NCBI GenBank assembly: GCA_977862235.1
Contig: OZ374560.1
Span: 1,178,001-1,242,000, forward strand
Direction: 5' to 3'
DNA from: Dudresnaya verticillata
Taxonomy: Eukaryota
DNA: 64,000 bases
The translations under genes and the position numbers were made by a program. Of the stretch, positions 1 through 13,541 are shown in pieces. The notes beneath the pieces are model-generated. The model saw only the letters and a program-made list of their open reading frames with translations. It ran no database searches and was not told where the DNA came from. Each line of letters begins with the position of its first letter. Position 1 is the stretch's first letter.

Positions 1-3000
1 GGCACTTCCGCCATGGTGCGCCTTGGTCGCTTTGCAGGTTTGGGTGGCACTGGGTTTGGCGTGTGCAGTACCCTTGTTTTCAGGGCGTTGCGGCGAGGGG
101 CTTCTCCCTGCACTTTTTGTATTCGTAACTTGTGCATATCTGACGAAGAATGTTTCGTGCTCTTGCTGGAAGGTCGTACAGACGCACCATATGTGTGACG
201 AAGTTGCGTTACTTGCGCTCGATATTCGTGTGCTTTAAACCTCTATTGAGGAAGTCAATAATGCTGTATGCGACGGTCTTTCGTTCCTCAAAGAAGCAAT
301 GTCCATCTCTCAGGAGCTACACGTGCATTGCCGTGAGGCATTGGATGCAGTTCAGTTATCTATTGAAAACTTGGACACAGTGACTGGGATGGAAAGGGAT
401 TACCTATGTGTTGCACTGTGTAGACTGCAGCGACCACCCGTATTTTGTCTGTGGGTATCACAATTCCACGTTTCCGCTTCACCGTGTCCAGAATTTATGA
501 AGATACAGTTGCGGCTTTCTACTGTTGATTTATTCTGTGGTACGAAGTGACGCCATGTTAATGTTTGTAGCGTCCGCAGTATTCGAACAAATCCGTCTCG
601 TGAATGTATCCAACAGGTGCTATTCTAAATCCGTTAATGTAAAACTCTTGAGAGACGAAAGGACTCTAAACCACTCAATTGTGATAGTCTTGGTGTTTGT
701 TAAAAGGCACTTAGAGCTGCCATCCTTTGATTTATTTCTATAAGGCTGCTGGTTCTTGGACCTTCGAAAATGGGTTTTGCCGGGCAATGCTTTGTGAAAC
801 ATTATCTGCACTGATATAATTTCATGGCCGAGATTCTTTAGGATTCACGGTTCTGAAACGATATGACTCTAAATATTCGTATTACGATTTACGATCTTTG
901 AACATACTTTCCACAGGCACAATCAATGTCTGGAAACATATGTTTCACAAGCGAACAAGCCATGAAAGGAATAAATGCTTTGCATTATGGTCTAGTTTCT
1001 CCTGCCTCCCAACCTTACATCAAAATCATTTGCAATTATAGTTTCAAATCAGTCGTGTACTCTTTTCATACATTTATAAATTCTGGAAACAGCGCGTGAC
1101 CTCGACAGGCTAACAGCAATCGGCTCACGCTCATGACAAGCGGCCCTGAACGCGGCCATCGCCACTCGCCGATCATATCCAGTGGCTTGGTGCATCCCAG
1201 AATATGTGGAGTCCGTGTGTACGGGTCTGAAGGCCTCTAAACGTACAACAAGTACGTTACGGAACCTCCGCAACACTCTTCGGTTCCAATTTGCCCGTCA
1301 ACCCCAACCCTTCGCTCTCGTTTATTCCTCTTCGTGTTATCTTCTCTGCCTCCCACTAACTTCCAATCCTGGGAAGGCGTGTCATCGCATCAATGGCTTT
1401 ACGATTGTTAATTTTGCATTGCACGTTTGCTAACCACATCCTAAGCCGCGCGGGACTGGCGCGCGTGCGAGAGGTAAAAGCGCCCAAAATGCGTTCTTTT
1501 TTAGCAAAAACGGACTATATAGCCAGCTTTTTCTATAGCTGGTGAAGGTAGTGTAAACTGTAACTGGTTGACCCCAGTGAGGTCTCACCTCGCGGGCCCA
1601 TACCAGAGGGACTTGACTCGGTTGGTATTGAAAAAGGTGCAAGCCGAGCTGCCTATCGATGACAGGCGGACGCACGCGTTTCGAGCTTCCCTTGTACTAC
1701 CGGGCACGAAGGACAGGGTCAAGTACCAGCCTGCACCAGGGATGAATAATTACATAGCAGACTGGGACTACATAGCATAGTGTGCCACACATAGATTCGA
1801 TTCTTCTGTGAGATCCCACTGCTGGAGCCCGAAATGTAATGCACTTGGGCTGGGTGCAACAAGAAGATATACTTTTACGGAGACAGTCAACTGATTTGTC
1901 CGAACGGCATGCGGAATGGCGAATGTCTCCGGTCATGGCGCGAAGACTCGCAGTTGCGTCTGCTGGCTTCGGACCTGAAACGTGCGACGTGCACCCCGAT
2001 TGTTGAGCCTCGCCCGATACCCTCACTTGGACGACTGAGCACTAAGTCCCATGGAACAGAAGGAGTAATGGACTGCCTGGACGTCACAATAAGTCACCTG
2101 CTTTCGTAAGAACAACGCATTCTCAGCTGCATCAAAAACTCGCAGGGGACACTGAAGAATACCCACGCTGATAAAGTGAGGACTTACCGCGGATTCTTAG
2201 GGGTCCAGACTGGGCACAACGCTTGTGCCGGTTCCGATGATCAGACTAGATGTCTGAAACCCTGAGGTGCACAAGAACATTCAAGAGCTGGAGAGTACAG
2301 TGGATTATAGGGCCCTAGTAACTCGCGGTGTTTCTTTATCGGCTCTATTCCATAGGCATGCGGTGCGATTGGTGTAAAACAACGTCAAGTGACTGATGAA
2401 AGCGATGCAACAGGAGTTCTAACTGGACAAGTGCTTTTGAGTTGGGGATTAACTTTGTTTTGGTACTAGATTGTACTTCGACACTAATTAGAATATGATC
2501 ACCTGTTATAAAGTTGAACTTACCTCACTGGTGCTCTGAGAAATTAATCGCCTCAATGCTTCTGGCAGTGAGGAAGGGAATGATCGGGGATTGAAAAACT
2601 TTATGGTGGAGGCAGAAACGTGCAAGCGTTTGTATGACGGCTATCTGAATGCAGGCAGCCCATGAGATCTCATTATCTCATTGGCATAGATGCAAGGCTG
2701 AAAGACAGTAATTCTGAGATTTTGAAAGTCGATGAGCTCAAAGAGTACGCTACCCATGCCCCACTTGGGGTCCTGTTCCGAACGCATTTCTGAGCGTATT
2801 TGGGGCTGCGATATTCATCGGTAGGCCAATACAAGATGAGCTCATGATCTTGCCCCAGACGGACAGGATGGAGGATGCAAAGGATGTTTCAGTCGAGCAC
2901 GTACAAAATATTGCTATGAGTGGAGGGGAAATGAAGAGGCGGTATAATAAAGCCTCTTCTCAAAGATCTTCGATTCAAACCGCGCCTAAAAGGTCAAGAA

Positions 3001-5313
3001 GTACGGAAGACGTGCAGAGTAAGAAGAAACCAGCACGTAGGTCCACTCGATTGGACGCCTGGATTCGTGAATAGCTAGCAACCGGCGACGGCGAGGCACT
3101 TTGCACATCTTTATCTGCGTCACAGCCTCCACTAGGCACTACCGGACCTCAAATTCGAGTGGCAATCTTAAGCGCTGGAAAAAGCTGCGCACCGAACCGT
3201 TGCGCACTCTGTCTTGATTTCGTACGGCTCTCTGGACCACAAACAAGTTCTTCTTTCGCACCAAGAACCGAGTACAGCTTCAGAAACATCCCTACCAAGC
3301 TTCAGGACAGTACTTAGGTAGGTGTCATAGAGAGTAAATGTATCGAGGGCACACAAACAACAACATCTGAGCCTCAGTACACGCCCCATCCTCATATCCC
3401 TTCCTTAAAGGACATCTTCTGTTTTCCTACTATCTACCTGCTATCATTCTCCGCTGCTTCAAGCTTTACGGAATCAAGTGCGAGGGAGTCTGTATCCGAA
3501 AGCTGTTACGAGACATAGGGATTCCAGGAACGTGAAAAGTATAGTTTGGAGAGAAACGCAAGATGGACGTGTGATGTGGACCAGTATTCCGGCTCCATGT
3601 GGCTGTTACTTATTTGGTTGGAGGAATCGGCGGAGCAAGTAGTTTTAACTGTAATGCTTGGAACAAATGAGACCGGTGGCGCGGGGAGAGAGAAACGAGA
3701 GAGGGGCTGATGGGAGGCTTTGATTGTGAGTGTATCTTCGTTCGGGAGTTAAGGAGTGGATTTGTCCGCGAGAAAAACTGGCAGAAGGTGCAGGGTGAGT
3801 GAGAACGGGAACCAGGACAAATGCGGGTAAGATTCATCCGAGCAGCCATTTTTCTCCTGCAGTTGCTGCTGGTCCGTTTTTCTTTGTTGTATAGGGGATG
3901 AATTCATTGTGCGTTTATCCCCTAGAAGAATCGTGTAGGGGGTATGAGCGGTATCATACGGGCGAAGGGAGGTGGCACGGGCGAGTGACTGGTGTTTGCC
4001 GGGGAAATTACACCACGGGCCGAAGACCGCCTCGCACACGGGTGCGCCTGACCAGTAAATTACAGGCGTTGCTGCGGCTCTCCGTTGTACTTTGGGTAAA
4101 CGACGGGGAGATGGAATTGCTGTACAGCACCACAGATATTTCGGAGGGACAATTCGCATTTTGATCCAAGTTATGCCCAGGTCTCGAGCTATTCCTGCGG
4201 CTGTACATTTATATCATACCGCGTGACGCATCACGCAACCTGCGTTTGAAAGCAGGGGCCATCGTTATGTGGCTGTTCAAAACCGTACTGCGCGGCGCTA
4301 CCGAAGGTACATTCCGATCCCGAGAAACTTCTAAGTACTTCGGACGTGGCTTTCGGGACTTAGAATTTATATGCTCAAATTTCTTCGCTCCTGACTCCCT
4401 CCTGTCCCATCCCTGCCCTCAAATTACACGAGTCATACCGCATGAGCGCAGACCGGTCCGCCCCGTGCTGCACCTGCCGGTTACCCGCCCCACTCGACCT
4501 TGACGACGCCTTCACGGCTACGCCCTTCCCGCCCCCTTCGCGGCTTCAACCACGCTTCCTCGCGTCCCCACCGCCCGTCCCTCACTCCCCCCCGCTTTTC
4601 CCGCTTCCCCCTCTACCGCTGCACCCGTCGTCGCACTGTCTCCCGAAAATGCCCGGCTGATTCCGAACCCCGCCCTGTCCACCGCGCGAGCCCATCGCTC
4701 GTCGGTACGCGCCTCGTCCTCACCCACCGGCACCCTCCTGCCCGCGATCCCGCGCCGTGTCCCTGCCCCCGCCACGGCCTGTCGTTACTGCCCAAGGTGG
4801 TACGCCGCGCCCTGTCCACGGAGCTTTTCCGAAGCCGCCTCTCCGTCCTCGAATTCACCGCCTCCATCGGCACCCAGAGCCTGGACCTCGTGCGCGAGGT
4901 CCAGAACATCTTCTCGGTCGCCGTGCTAAACACCCGCGCCAACTTCAAAATCCTCGACGGCGCAATTTCAAGGAAGAAACATATGCAAGGCAAGTGGGGT
5001 ATAAAACACTTCCAAGCTAAGCCTGGGCCCGGTAGCGCCATATACAGTGCCAGAAAGAGTATACAGAAAGCATTGATGGCATCATCGAGCGCAAAAACCT
5101 CGACAAGCAGATGTTGACATCATGCTCTCAGCGCATCCTGAATAGTTACACGTTCGGCTGAGCATCCCCCCTGTCCTCAGTATCCTTTGAAAGACTCCAC
5201 CAATATATGCAAGTGAACGTCACTTCAGGAAAACCGCGGACGCGCACTAGATCTGTCCCGCAGCACTTTGTTTCAACGGTACACGGAACATCCTCACTCA
5301 AACAGTTCCATTT

Positions 5314-6416
5314 TCATCCATTGCCGTTATCCCCAGAGGCAGTCTCGTTGATGATCTTCTCAAGGTGCTCCAATGATTCTTCCTTGAAGCCATCAGGGTC
5401 ATCCTTTAACTCCTCCTTGGCGATGGGCTCGTCTGAATCATCGTCCGGTCGAGGTATCCCTACCGCCTTCGTAGGGCCGGCAGACTTACCATCAGCAGAA
5501 ATCTGGACTTCAGCGCAGCTCCAAAACGCCTCTGGATTGTTCTGACCGCCACACTCAGCATTCCCTTGACTTGAACATCCCTGGCGCCACCATCGCCCTC
5601 GCAAATTGTACCGAACGGGTTGTTCAAGTCCTCAAAATAGGCCAGGAAGCTGCGAGGTGCGCAGGAGTTGGCAGTTGCCCAGTACCACTGAACGACGCAA
5701 TGCTTGCATGTGATGCCGGGCGGAAGCTTGTATCGCATGGTACCGGAAGACCCGGCGACGATATGCTTGTTGACAAGGTCACCTTTGCGACACGACAGGT
5801 ACCACCGACGGAGGTAGTCAGGTTCAATCGGTTCGCACTCAAAGTTAGGGTCGACATCCTTACTCTGGCCGTCCGGGTGGGGCACACGCTCGAGCTTGTA
5901 GCAATGACCACCAGTGAAGCATTTTGCGTCGATGTCTGCTGTACCGCACTTGTCAAGGTTGCAAAGGAAGAATTCAAAGTAGCCATTGTGTTTTGTGTCG
6001 AGCTCGGCAGTGAAGTCGACGACGAAGCCTGTCTTCCAGTTGGAGACGTTGGGGACCGTCTGGTAGGGTATCCAGTCACTGCCGATCATGTGGGAATCGG
6101 CGCTCTTTGGGTCCCCGCAGAGCCCAGCGCCAGCAGCACTGCCGGAGAAGTCACCAATTGGGTCATACACCTTCCATTCGGCGGAGGGGAGATGAGCGTG
6201 GACACTGGCCCTGTTTCCGCCGTTGAGACAGTGCGAGCAGTAATCTGTGCCTAGCTCGGAGAGCGGCGGAGTGGACGGGGATGGAAGGTTCGAACCACAG
6301 TACGTTGATTGGTAGGCGGCGCGCTGGCGCGGAATGCACATCATACCGTGCGAGGCGGCCAGGGTGGAAATCAGTGCCAGCACGTAGAAGAAAGAAACAA
6401 AGAGTAGGGTGGGCAT
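5314..6416 (-). pseudogene. AA15-like lytic polysaccharide monooxygenase (LPMO_10/PF03067 type), frameshifted near the C-terminal end of the domain
   Basis: ATG 6416 MPTLLFVSFF...LAAS signal peptide followed directly by HGMM (His1 of the His-brace). Also has HCLNGG, GLCGDP, HNGYFEFFLC and CKHCVVQWYWATANSC. The terminal PEAFWSCAEV motif lies in another frame (ORF 5314..5604), so there is a frameshift near 5560-5590. Confidence 0.85.
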
Positions 6417-6807
6417 TTGCTTGACTTGGCCTGAGCCGAAATGGGGAAGGCAGGCCGCCGTCACAAATGAAACGCAGAGTAAGTGGCAAGAAGATCTGGA
6501 TCTGGGTTTAGTGAAATCGAGATCAGCGTGCTCCCCATCTCCAAAAAGGGCCAAACAGGCTGCCCTGTTTGCTCTCCATCTCCCCTCCGCTGCACCGCGG
6601 CAGTGCGCACCGCCCACGTCCCAATTCATCCACGCCACCAAATCCAAACTCAAACGTGGGGAAGAAACAGGTCGTGCTAGCGCTGGCCGCAACAGCACCC
6701 TAACAGCCGTAGAAGGTCCTGCAACCGGCAGGCGATGCGGTGTCCGAGCAGCTCCTTCACACCAGCGGCTGCGATGCCTCAACCTGCACCGCATGCACTG
6801 CGATCAT

Positions 6808-7960
6808 CGATGAATATTTCCGAACCATCTCCTTCAGCCGACCTTGATGCTCAGCTGATAGATGACTTAGGTCTAGATCATCTACTGGCGGGGTTTTGGC
6901 AACGGTTGCCTCGATGGACTTAGCGAAAGTGTCCGGCTGTACCGTAATGTCATCCTTCGTTTGGAAACGGAAATCCTGGTTCGCTTCCTCCTCCCTCGCC
7001 TGTTCCTCGGTAATAACCGAAACATCGGCTAGACTTACGAGACTGCGGAACACTACTGTTGGATGTGGCAAAGCGGTAGCGACGACTTTTCCCTTGGCGA
7101 GTGCTTGTGGTCGCGATGAGAAGTTAGGAACCAAAATGCGAAACGCTTTTAGCGGCTCGAATTGAGCGACCCCGTTTGTAACGACCATTCCCTGTCGGTC
7201 GTACATCGTTCCAAACGGTTGGATAGTGATGATGCCGGCTCGTTACGTCGTTACTGAGATCCATTTCTGCGCCTGGACGATCGTACACTCGGCTGCTCGT
7301 ATCTTGAGTGAGGTCCGTCCTCCGGCCGTGCCGTATTCTTGTTCCGTTAGTAACGGGGGATACGACGGGGGACGGCGCAGCGGCGGTGCGTTATAGGAAC
7401 GCGAGTCCCGTCACAAGAATTAACCTCGCGACTTCGCGGATAAATCGCTTCTACAAAGCGGCCGCAAAAGTGGTAACCGAGTATAACCGGCGCAGCGAGC
7501 CGTTCGTAGACGATTAGCTCCAACTTGACGACCCTTCATCCGAGACGTACGACTAATTCGATGGTGCCTCGAGTTTGAATCGCTTTGTTATTAGCGTCTG
7601 ATATGACGGGAAGATCCTTGGATACGACCTGCGGTCGCGCTTCTAGCGGAATTTCGTCAATACGAATGAAATTCGGACCAGCCCCCGTGCCGAGAACAGT
7701 AAGTTTTCGTGCCAGGATACCAATGGTTGCGCCCAAGTCGGCGTATACCTTGTAGTTCCTTTTGGCCATTACGAACAACTTTCCCGCCCTCGGGGGGCTG
7801 GTATCTGCGCCAGGGGCGTTTTAACGACGTCTGTGACGGATCTAGCCGCCCTTTGCTGCGTTCATTGACTAGCTTCGGGTCCTTCTTCCGTGTCAGCACC
7901 CGAGGCGGAGGCCTCTCCTTATGGTGCGACACCCCAGTGTCAGGATTCGGTACCCTAGCT
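6808..7960 (-). pseudogene. pol: pol 5' part of element C (aspartic protease plus dUTPase-like linker)
   Basis: ORF 7536..7778 is protease-like. ORF 6757..7206 has VVTNGVAQFEPLKAFRILVPNFSSRPQALAKGKVVA and VDDLDLSHL, homologous to the PR-RT linker of A1 and B. Confidence 0.75.
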
Positions 7961-10519
7961 AGTTTTTCGCCTCTGGCGGTTCTTGTGACGTTACATAGCG
8001 GTTGATAATCGTCGGGTGACGTTCGGCCGCGTGCGGCATTGGTCCGCCTCGTGGCGATTGGGGTCGTGCAGTCCGTCGGGCATCGTCGCGGATCGCGCGT
8101 TCCTTGCACTGTACATACGCATCAGCGGTGACTGTGGCCTTATCTGCGTCCGTTAGACTTTGATAGTTGGTAATCACCTTCAAAACGTCGCTCATGCGGA
8201 GGAAGCAGTCCGGCGCGATGTGTCCGCGGGCGTAACACTGGTGACAGATCAACTGTAGGCGCGTCTTGATGGAACGGACCCCGGTCCTCTCATCCTGGCC
8301 TTGCCCGATGGGCGTGCGGGGTATACTCTGAGTACGGGACGCGTGGCGCGGGAACGACCGGGCGTCCAAAGGCGAGAGCGGGGTCCATTCCCCTTGTATC
8401 TTCGGCTTCGACGTAGCTGCCCGTTGGTAGCGCCGAAGTTGCCACCGATGGTTGTTAGTCTGCAAAGTATAGGTTGCCATCGGTGTGTGTCTCCATGTTC
8501 TCGGCGTGGCGACTAGCATCCCGGAACATGATGGATGACTCCGCTATCATAGTGCGCGCTCCCGGCCTTGCGCCTCTCGTCTGTTGAACCAATACTCTTC
8601 GGGTATCGCCAGTGGCGGGGCGCGATGCGTGTGCGGCCTGGACCGGTACTAGTATGTCTCGTCATGCTGACGTGGAGCCGGCTCTGCCGTGTCGGGCGCG
8701 GTTGGCGTCCCCCTCGTCTTGTGAGAAGTGAAGCAACCGCTGGAATGACATTTCTGCCCTCGGCGTTTCCTCTCGAAAGCGAGCCATGAGTGACCTGACC
8801 GACGGGTCTAACCCGTCGATGTACAGTGTGATCTTTTACCAGTCGGGGTATACAGTACCGCAACGGATGCACGCTCTTGCCAGTCGCACTCCATAAGTTT
8901 TCTCGTCCTCGCCTTGCTTCTGGACGGTCGAACGTAGGGCGAGGACGGCGTCGCGTATCGCCGCCAGCGTAGCGCATGTACGAAGGAGGTACTGTACGGC
9001 CTCGGGATGCGGGGACAGTCCGACACGATGGCCCGAAGACGTCGAATGGACGGAGCGTAACTTTGTCGCTGCCGTGCCTCGTAAGAAGTACGGCAGCGCG
9101 ACGAACGCCTGGGCCTCGCTCATTTCCAGCGTATCCGCCTCATCCGCGAATCGCGTTAGGAATTCGAGAACCATTACGGGGTCACCTCAGTTAAAGTCAG
9201 CGTCCTCATCGTCAACTTAAGATTCTTCATATGGCCCTTGACCTTACCCGTGTCGCGTCCTGAGCGTTTCTGCCCTACGTCTTGGAGACGGTACGTCCGA
9301 TACTATAGAACTGATCAAAGAGGGAGTTGGACGGGCGTAGTTCCTTCAAACCTTTGTATCGCTTTCCTCTCGGTCACGCAGCACTGCAGTTGGTTGGGAA
9401 TCCATCGTCCTCAGACGAAGCGTCAGATGCCTCTCCGTTACTCGACGAGTCCGATGATGACGAGGAGGAATCCGCACGTCGATGAAGGTTCTTCTTCCGT
9501 CTTTGACGCAGCTTAAGGCGACGTTTCTTCCGCTCTTTACGTCTGTGACGGTCTTCACCCGAGCTCTCGTCTCCAGACGGCGGTCCGTTGCGCCACTTGG
9601 CGGTTTCAAGGCGATCTAAGCGGGTTGAAAGTCGCTGAAAGCGTTCACTCAAAATATTTTCGGAGCGCGAATGGACGGTTACCGCTGGCGATGGTTGGGG
9701 GCCCGGGCCGTGGGTGGCATTTTGGTTCGTCGCTAGACGGTCGAGGTCGGAGCGGAGCCCTTGTAGGGCGCCGTCCCGGTCCTCCTCCAACGTCTGTAGA
9801 CGGCTAAAACGTCCTCTGACACTGTCGTCAAGCATCTCGGCGAACCTAGCGAGCAAGGCATCGAGGACTTGCCACAACTCTCGGATCCGTACGCGTTGTA
9901 TCGTTAAGTTACTCACGCGGACGGATCTGGGTGACGCCGTTGGCGGTTGGCTTCCGGGAGTTTCCCGGTTGGGCGTTTCCTTAGCGCTTCGTCTTGGGGA
10001 ATTCGGCTTAGTCGGCGAGCAGCCTGCACTGCCGTGGGGTGTGGAGCAGAATGCCCCAGGTATCAATTGGTCGTCAGCGACGTTGCGCTCCGCAGAGCGC
10101 TCCTGATCGTCGTTGACGGGGATGGCTGGTTGGTTGTCCGGAAGTTCCGGTTGTTCCTCGACGATGTCAACATGTCTTCCGTCTAAGAAGGGTTGTTGCT
10201 CGGCTTGTACTGTTTCAGCCGAGTCAACGTACGAGCGGTAGGTGCGGAGGGCTGATCCTTCGGGAACTGAGGTGCGGACGACAACAGGGATCCGCGCCGG
10301 CGGGGGAAGTAATTCTCCCTCGTTATGCGAGGCGTGGGAACCTGCGTGGCCGTGGCCCGGGGGTGGCGTTGGGAAAGCTGACGCGATCTCCGGGCTCACA
10401 AGGCGCCCCGATCTTGTTGTCATCGGTGAGTGCAACCGCTCCGACGCGGGAATACTTCCTGGCGTCGATGACGGTCGTTTTGAACTTGGACCTCGGACCG
10501 TTAGCGGTCTGGAGGCCAT
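7959..10519 (-). pseudogene. gag: gag of element C (frameshifted)
   Basis: ORFs 9374..10519, 8836..9174 (capsid-like EFLTRFADEADTLEMSEAQAFVALPYFL) and 7959..8519 (CCHC knuckle, ends EAKN*). Confidence 0.8.
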
Positions 10520-10624
10520 GATACAATCGTAGATCTGCTTGAAAGTCGTGGACTATTAGCGACAACATCAGATGACGGGTTGTCGAACGTCACACGACGG
10601 TAGAACTCGTTTAAACGTAAGACA

Positions 10625-10643
10625 ATTCTAGGTCGGGAGACCA
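10625..10643 (-). promoter_or_regulatory. Primer-binding site of element C
   Basis: Minus-strand TGGTCTCCCGACCTAGAAT, 2 nt from the LTR end. Same as the PBS of A1 and B. Confidence 0.9.
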
Positions 10644-10645
10644 GA

Positions 10646-11514
10646 TGTGGTGCAAACGTCCTGGACGAAACACCGCCGAGCAGTTTGGGACTCAGTGGGT
10701 GATGACGCCTGAGGCCGTGAGTAAGCTCACCTTAGGCGGCTGTGGTAGAGCGGTTGACACGCCTTGGGCGGACTGTAAACGCCCGAGGCGGGAGGAACAA
10801 AAGAGAACAAAAGAAGACACGTCAACGACGGTGGTTGATCGTGGAAGCACGGGAGGTAGACGTGTTCGCCTGGAGGCCAGCGAGTAGGTACGCGTGGCGC
10901 GGAAGGGGTAGTCTATACCAAGGCCGGCTTGCCGGGGCTCTACTACAACGTCCTAGACGGGTTACCTATGTAGTATTACTAACGCGGGAAGGTGCGTCTG
11001 ACAGGTGCAGCCAGGGGTCTGACAGACTTATCCTCCGCATCCTGTACTCGTGCTTACACCCAGAGGTGGCTCATGCCCCTTACAGGTGCGGACGCTTGGC
11101 GGCGTGTGTAATCCCGATCCTCATCCCGATTCGCGACAACATTACGGGTGCGCTGTCCCTACAGGTGCACGTATTACATCGGTGAAGGTCCCGACGCCCG
11201 CTCCCGATCCTCGATATAGATCGCATCTTGATCCGGGCTAGGCTTACAGATCCGTAGTCTTACACCACTGTCGATCTGGATGCCCATCTGGATCGCGCCC
11301 TTGCTGGTGCGCGGCGCCTCGTGGTCCACATGTAACACCGTACAGTGCGCGGCGTATGCGTGGGAGGCCCCGAATCCGCTGTCCGCACGCGCGTGAGCCG
11401 TTTGTACATCCAAGACGTGTCCGCGCCAACGGCGGGTGAGCGCGCCATTGGCAATTGTAGTATAGACGTCGGGCCGATCCGACGTCTGATACTCGCTGGT
11501 CCAAAGCCGCCACA
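10646..11514 (-). repeat. 5' LTR of element C
   Basis: Plus strand begins TGTGGTGCAAAC and ends GCCGCCACA. Related to solo LTRs 15473-16393 and 21634-22545. Confidence 0.8.
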
Positions 11515-11921
11515 CAGTCCCGTCGATGGGTAGCAGTTGTGTGTGGTAGAGGGGTGTCGGCCGCGTGCGCCCCGCAGTTGCGGATCGACGGCGTCGATTT
11601 CGGAGCGCGCACGGGGCGTACCGTACGCGGGTAGGCAGCGGCCGGATCCCACCGTCCCTGTGGAAGGGCGGCACGAAGCCGACGGAAAGGAAAAGGAAAG
11701 GGGGAAAGCCTAGAGAGGCAAGGGGGAAAAGGGAAACCGCCCGCTGGTGTAAGGCAAAGGGATCGAACCCGAAGAGGGTGGGGACAAGCTTCAGCGCGAG
11801 CAGTTGCTTGCCCGGTTTACTGTTGATGGCAGACGGCCTTAAATACCCTACGCTATGTACACTACGGCTACTCTACAGTACGCGCGCCCCACAACACCAA
11901 CGCGGGAGGCGTGCGAGCGCG

Positions 11922-13541
11922 TGTGGTAGAATGGCTTTCAAGCCAGAGTAGACGGCCACACAGCACGACAGCTGTCCTGAAAGCGTGATCCCACTCTCGT
12001 GGTTGGTAGCTCCAAAAGGGGTGGTAGAGACTTGAGAGGGCTGCAAGCCCTGCAAAAGAGGGAAAAGGGAAGGCGAACCGTACTGCTTAGAGCAGTCGTC
12101 GTAGGTAGCACGGCTTGTAACCGCCTAACGGGGGTTGTAGCGGTGATACCGTGAGAGTCCAACAAAGGGGAAAAAACCCAAGGCACACACCGCTGGGCGT
12201 TTAGTGCGGGGCCTCTGCTACTCAGGGACCTAATAAATACGGCGGGAGCCGGAAAGGTACTACCTGCTCAGTTAGAGCTATAATGCTAACAGTGGGCTCA
12301 TACTGTACACTAACAGTTACACTAGCTATTAAAAACAGGAATGAGCGGTCATACTGCTTCCGTACGTACGGCGTCACCGTAAGACGCCGCGCACAAAATA
12401 GGCGTGAAATCATGGTGTGTATCCACCACTCAGCGCGCATAGTGCTCACGTAGTTAATTGTCCAATGGCAAGCAGCCATATCACTCCTGTGTCTCACGCC
12501 TTACAGGCGTCGCGTGTACACTTGGCTCCTTACAGCACCCCAGCGCTCGTTATACCACAGCGCGCGACCATACACGTGTCGACACGTCCGGGTAACCGCT
12601 ACCCGTGGGAGCACGCGGGGCCTAACGGGCAGCGGCCCTCTCAACGGCTCGATTCCGGAAAGCGTCACTGGGGCGCGCCGTGTGCGGCACGGCGCGCGGT
12701 CGCTGCCGGCAGCAATGCGGTCGACCGCTACTAAATCAACGAAAAAAGTAAGGGCACGCTTGTAGTGCAACACCCAAAAACGGGGATTGCCCCAACCGTG
12801 TTCGACGCGGTCTCCCGCGGTTAGGTAGCAGGCGCCACGCGGTGAGGTGGGCGCCTGTGTGGTGGTAGAGCAGCCGAGACACGGGGTGTGCCCCGGGTGT
12901 AGTGTGACCGGGGTCGACTGTAAACCCTCGATCCACCTGAAGTACCGTAGTGCACGTAAACATAGCGACGGCGATACACGCCGGTAGGATGGCGCGGAAG
13001 AGGAACTCAGAACAGGGTACGTAGCCCGAGTTGCGTGCGGTGGTGACACCGGAAGCAAAGTCGGGGGTACCCTCAGGTTCCGAGACCAACTTGGCGCTTT
13101 ACTGTGAGAGGGGTTCTCCCCGTACACTAAGTATCCCCCGCGGGAGGTGCGCGCGCGTGTCTTTGCGCCATGCGCCTGACACTTGGCATGCGCGCGCACC
13201 GCGAGCTCACTAAAATATCGCGCAAAGATATCTAGCGTAGAAATACTACTATCGCACTGTAAATCAGTGTAAACTAAGGGGGCGCATTGCTGGCACGCAC
13301 CCGATCGAGGACTCCCTCGGATATGTTCGGCGCGCGTGTCGCGCGTGTAAACGTGGATATGTGCGCATACGTGTGCGCGTGCATGTGAGCGGGCGTCGGC
13401 GCAAAACAGGTTCCGGGCACTGCACCACAACGCTGCCCAACCACGACTCGACAGCAGGCGTCATCGTGTGAACCATTAGAGTGCGGGGCTGCCAGCATAC
13501 ATTACAGCCGCTGCTGATAGTGTGCTGACAGCTATACTACA
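11922..13541 (-). repeat. Divergent family-A-related LTR, interrupted by a solo LTR (right boundary uncertain)
   Basis: Begins TGTGGTAGAATGG like the LTRs at 20352 and 48228. Carries the GGCCTCTGCTACTCAGGG motif at ~12210. Candidate end CTACA at 13541, with no clean TSD. Confidence 0.5.
12761..13429. mobile_element. Solo LTR (669 bp)
   Basis: Termini TGTAGTGCA...TGCACCACA; perfect 5-bp TSD ACGCT at 12756-12760 and 13430-13434. Confidence 0.9.

Larger units (their letters stand above)
6808..11514 (-). mobile_element. Ty3/Gypsy LTR retrotransposon C, 3'-truncated (5' LTR, PBS, gag, protease; ends before RT)
   Basis: LTR 11514-10646, PBS, fragmented gag, zinc knuckle CHQCYARGHIAPDC, degenerate protease VLGTGAGPNFI. 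Breaks at LKEMVRKYSSM (~6808) next to the LPMO upstream region. Confidence 0.85.

Noticed and set aside
1..5120. Decayed ORFs in the first 5 kb
   Set aside because: Fragments look coding-derived but are full of stops and show no motif I can assign.
11520..11900. Additional solo LTR
   Set aside because: The purine-rich composition is LTR-like, but no matching TSD or termini could be established.
12501..13430. 309-aa minus-strand ORF
   Set aside because: Lies in LTR sequence and crosses an insertion boundary; spurious.
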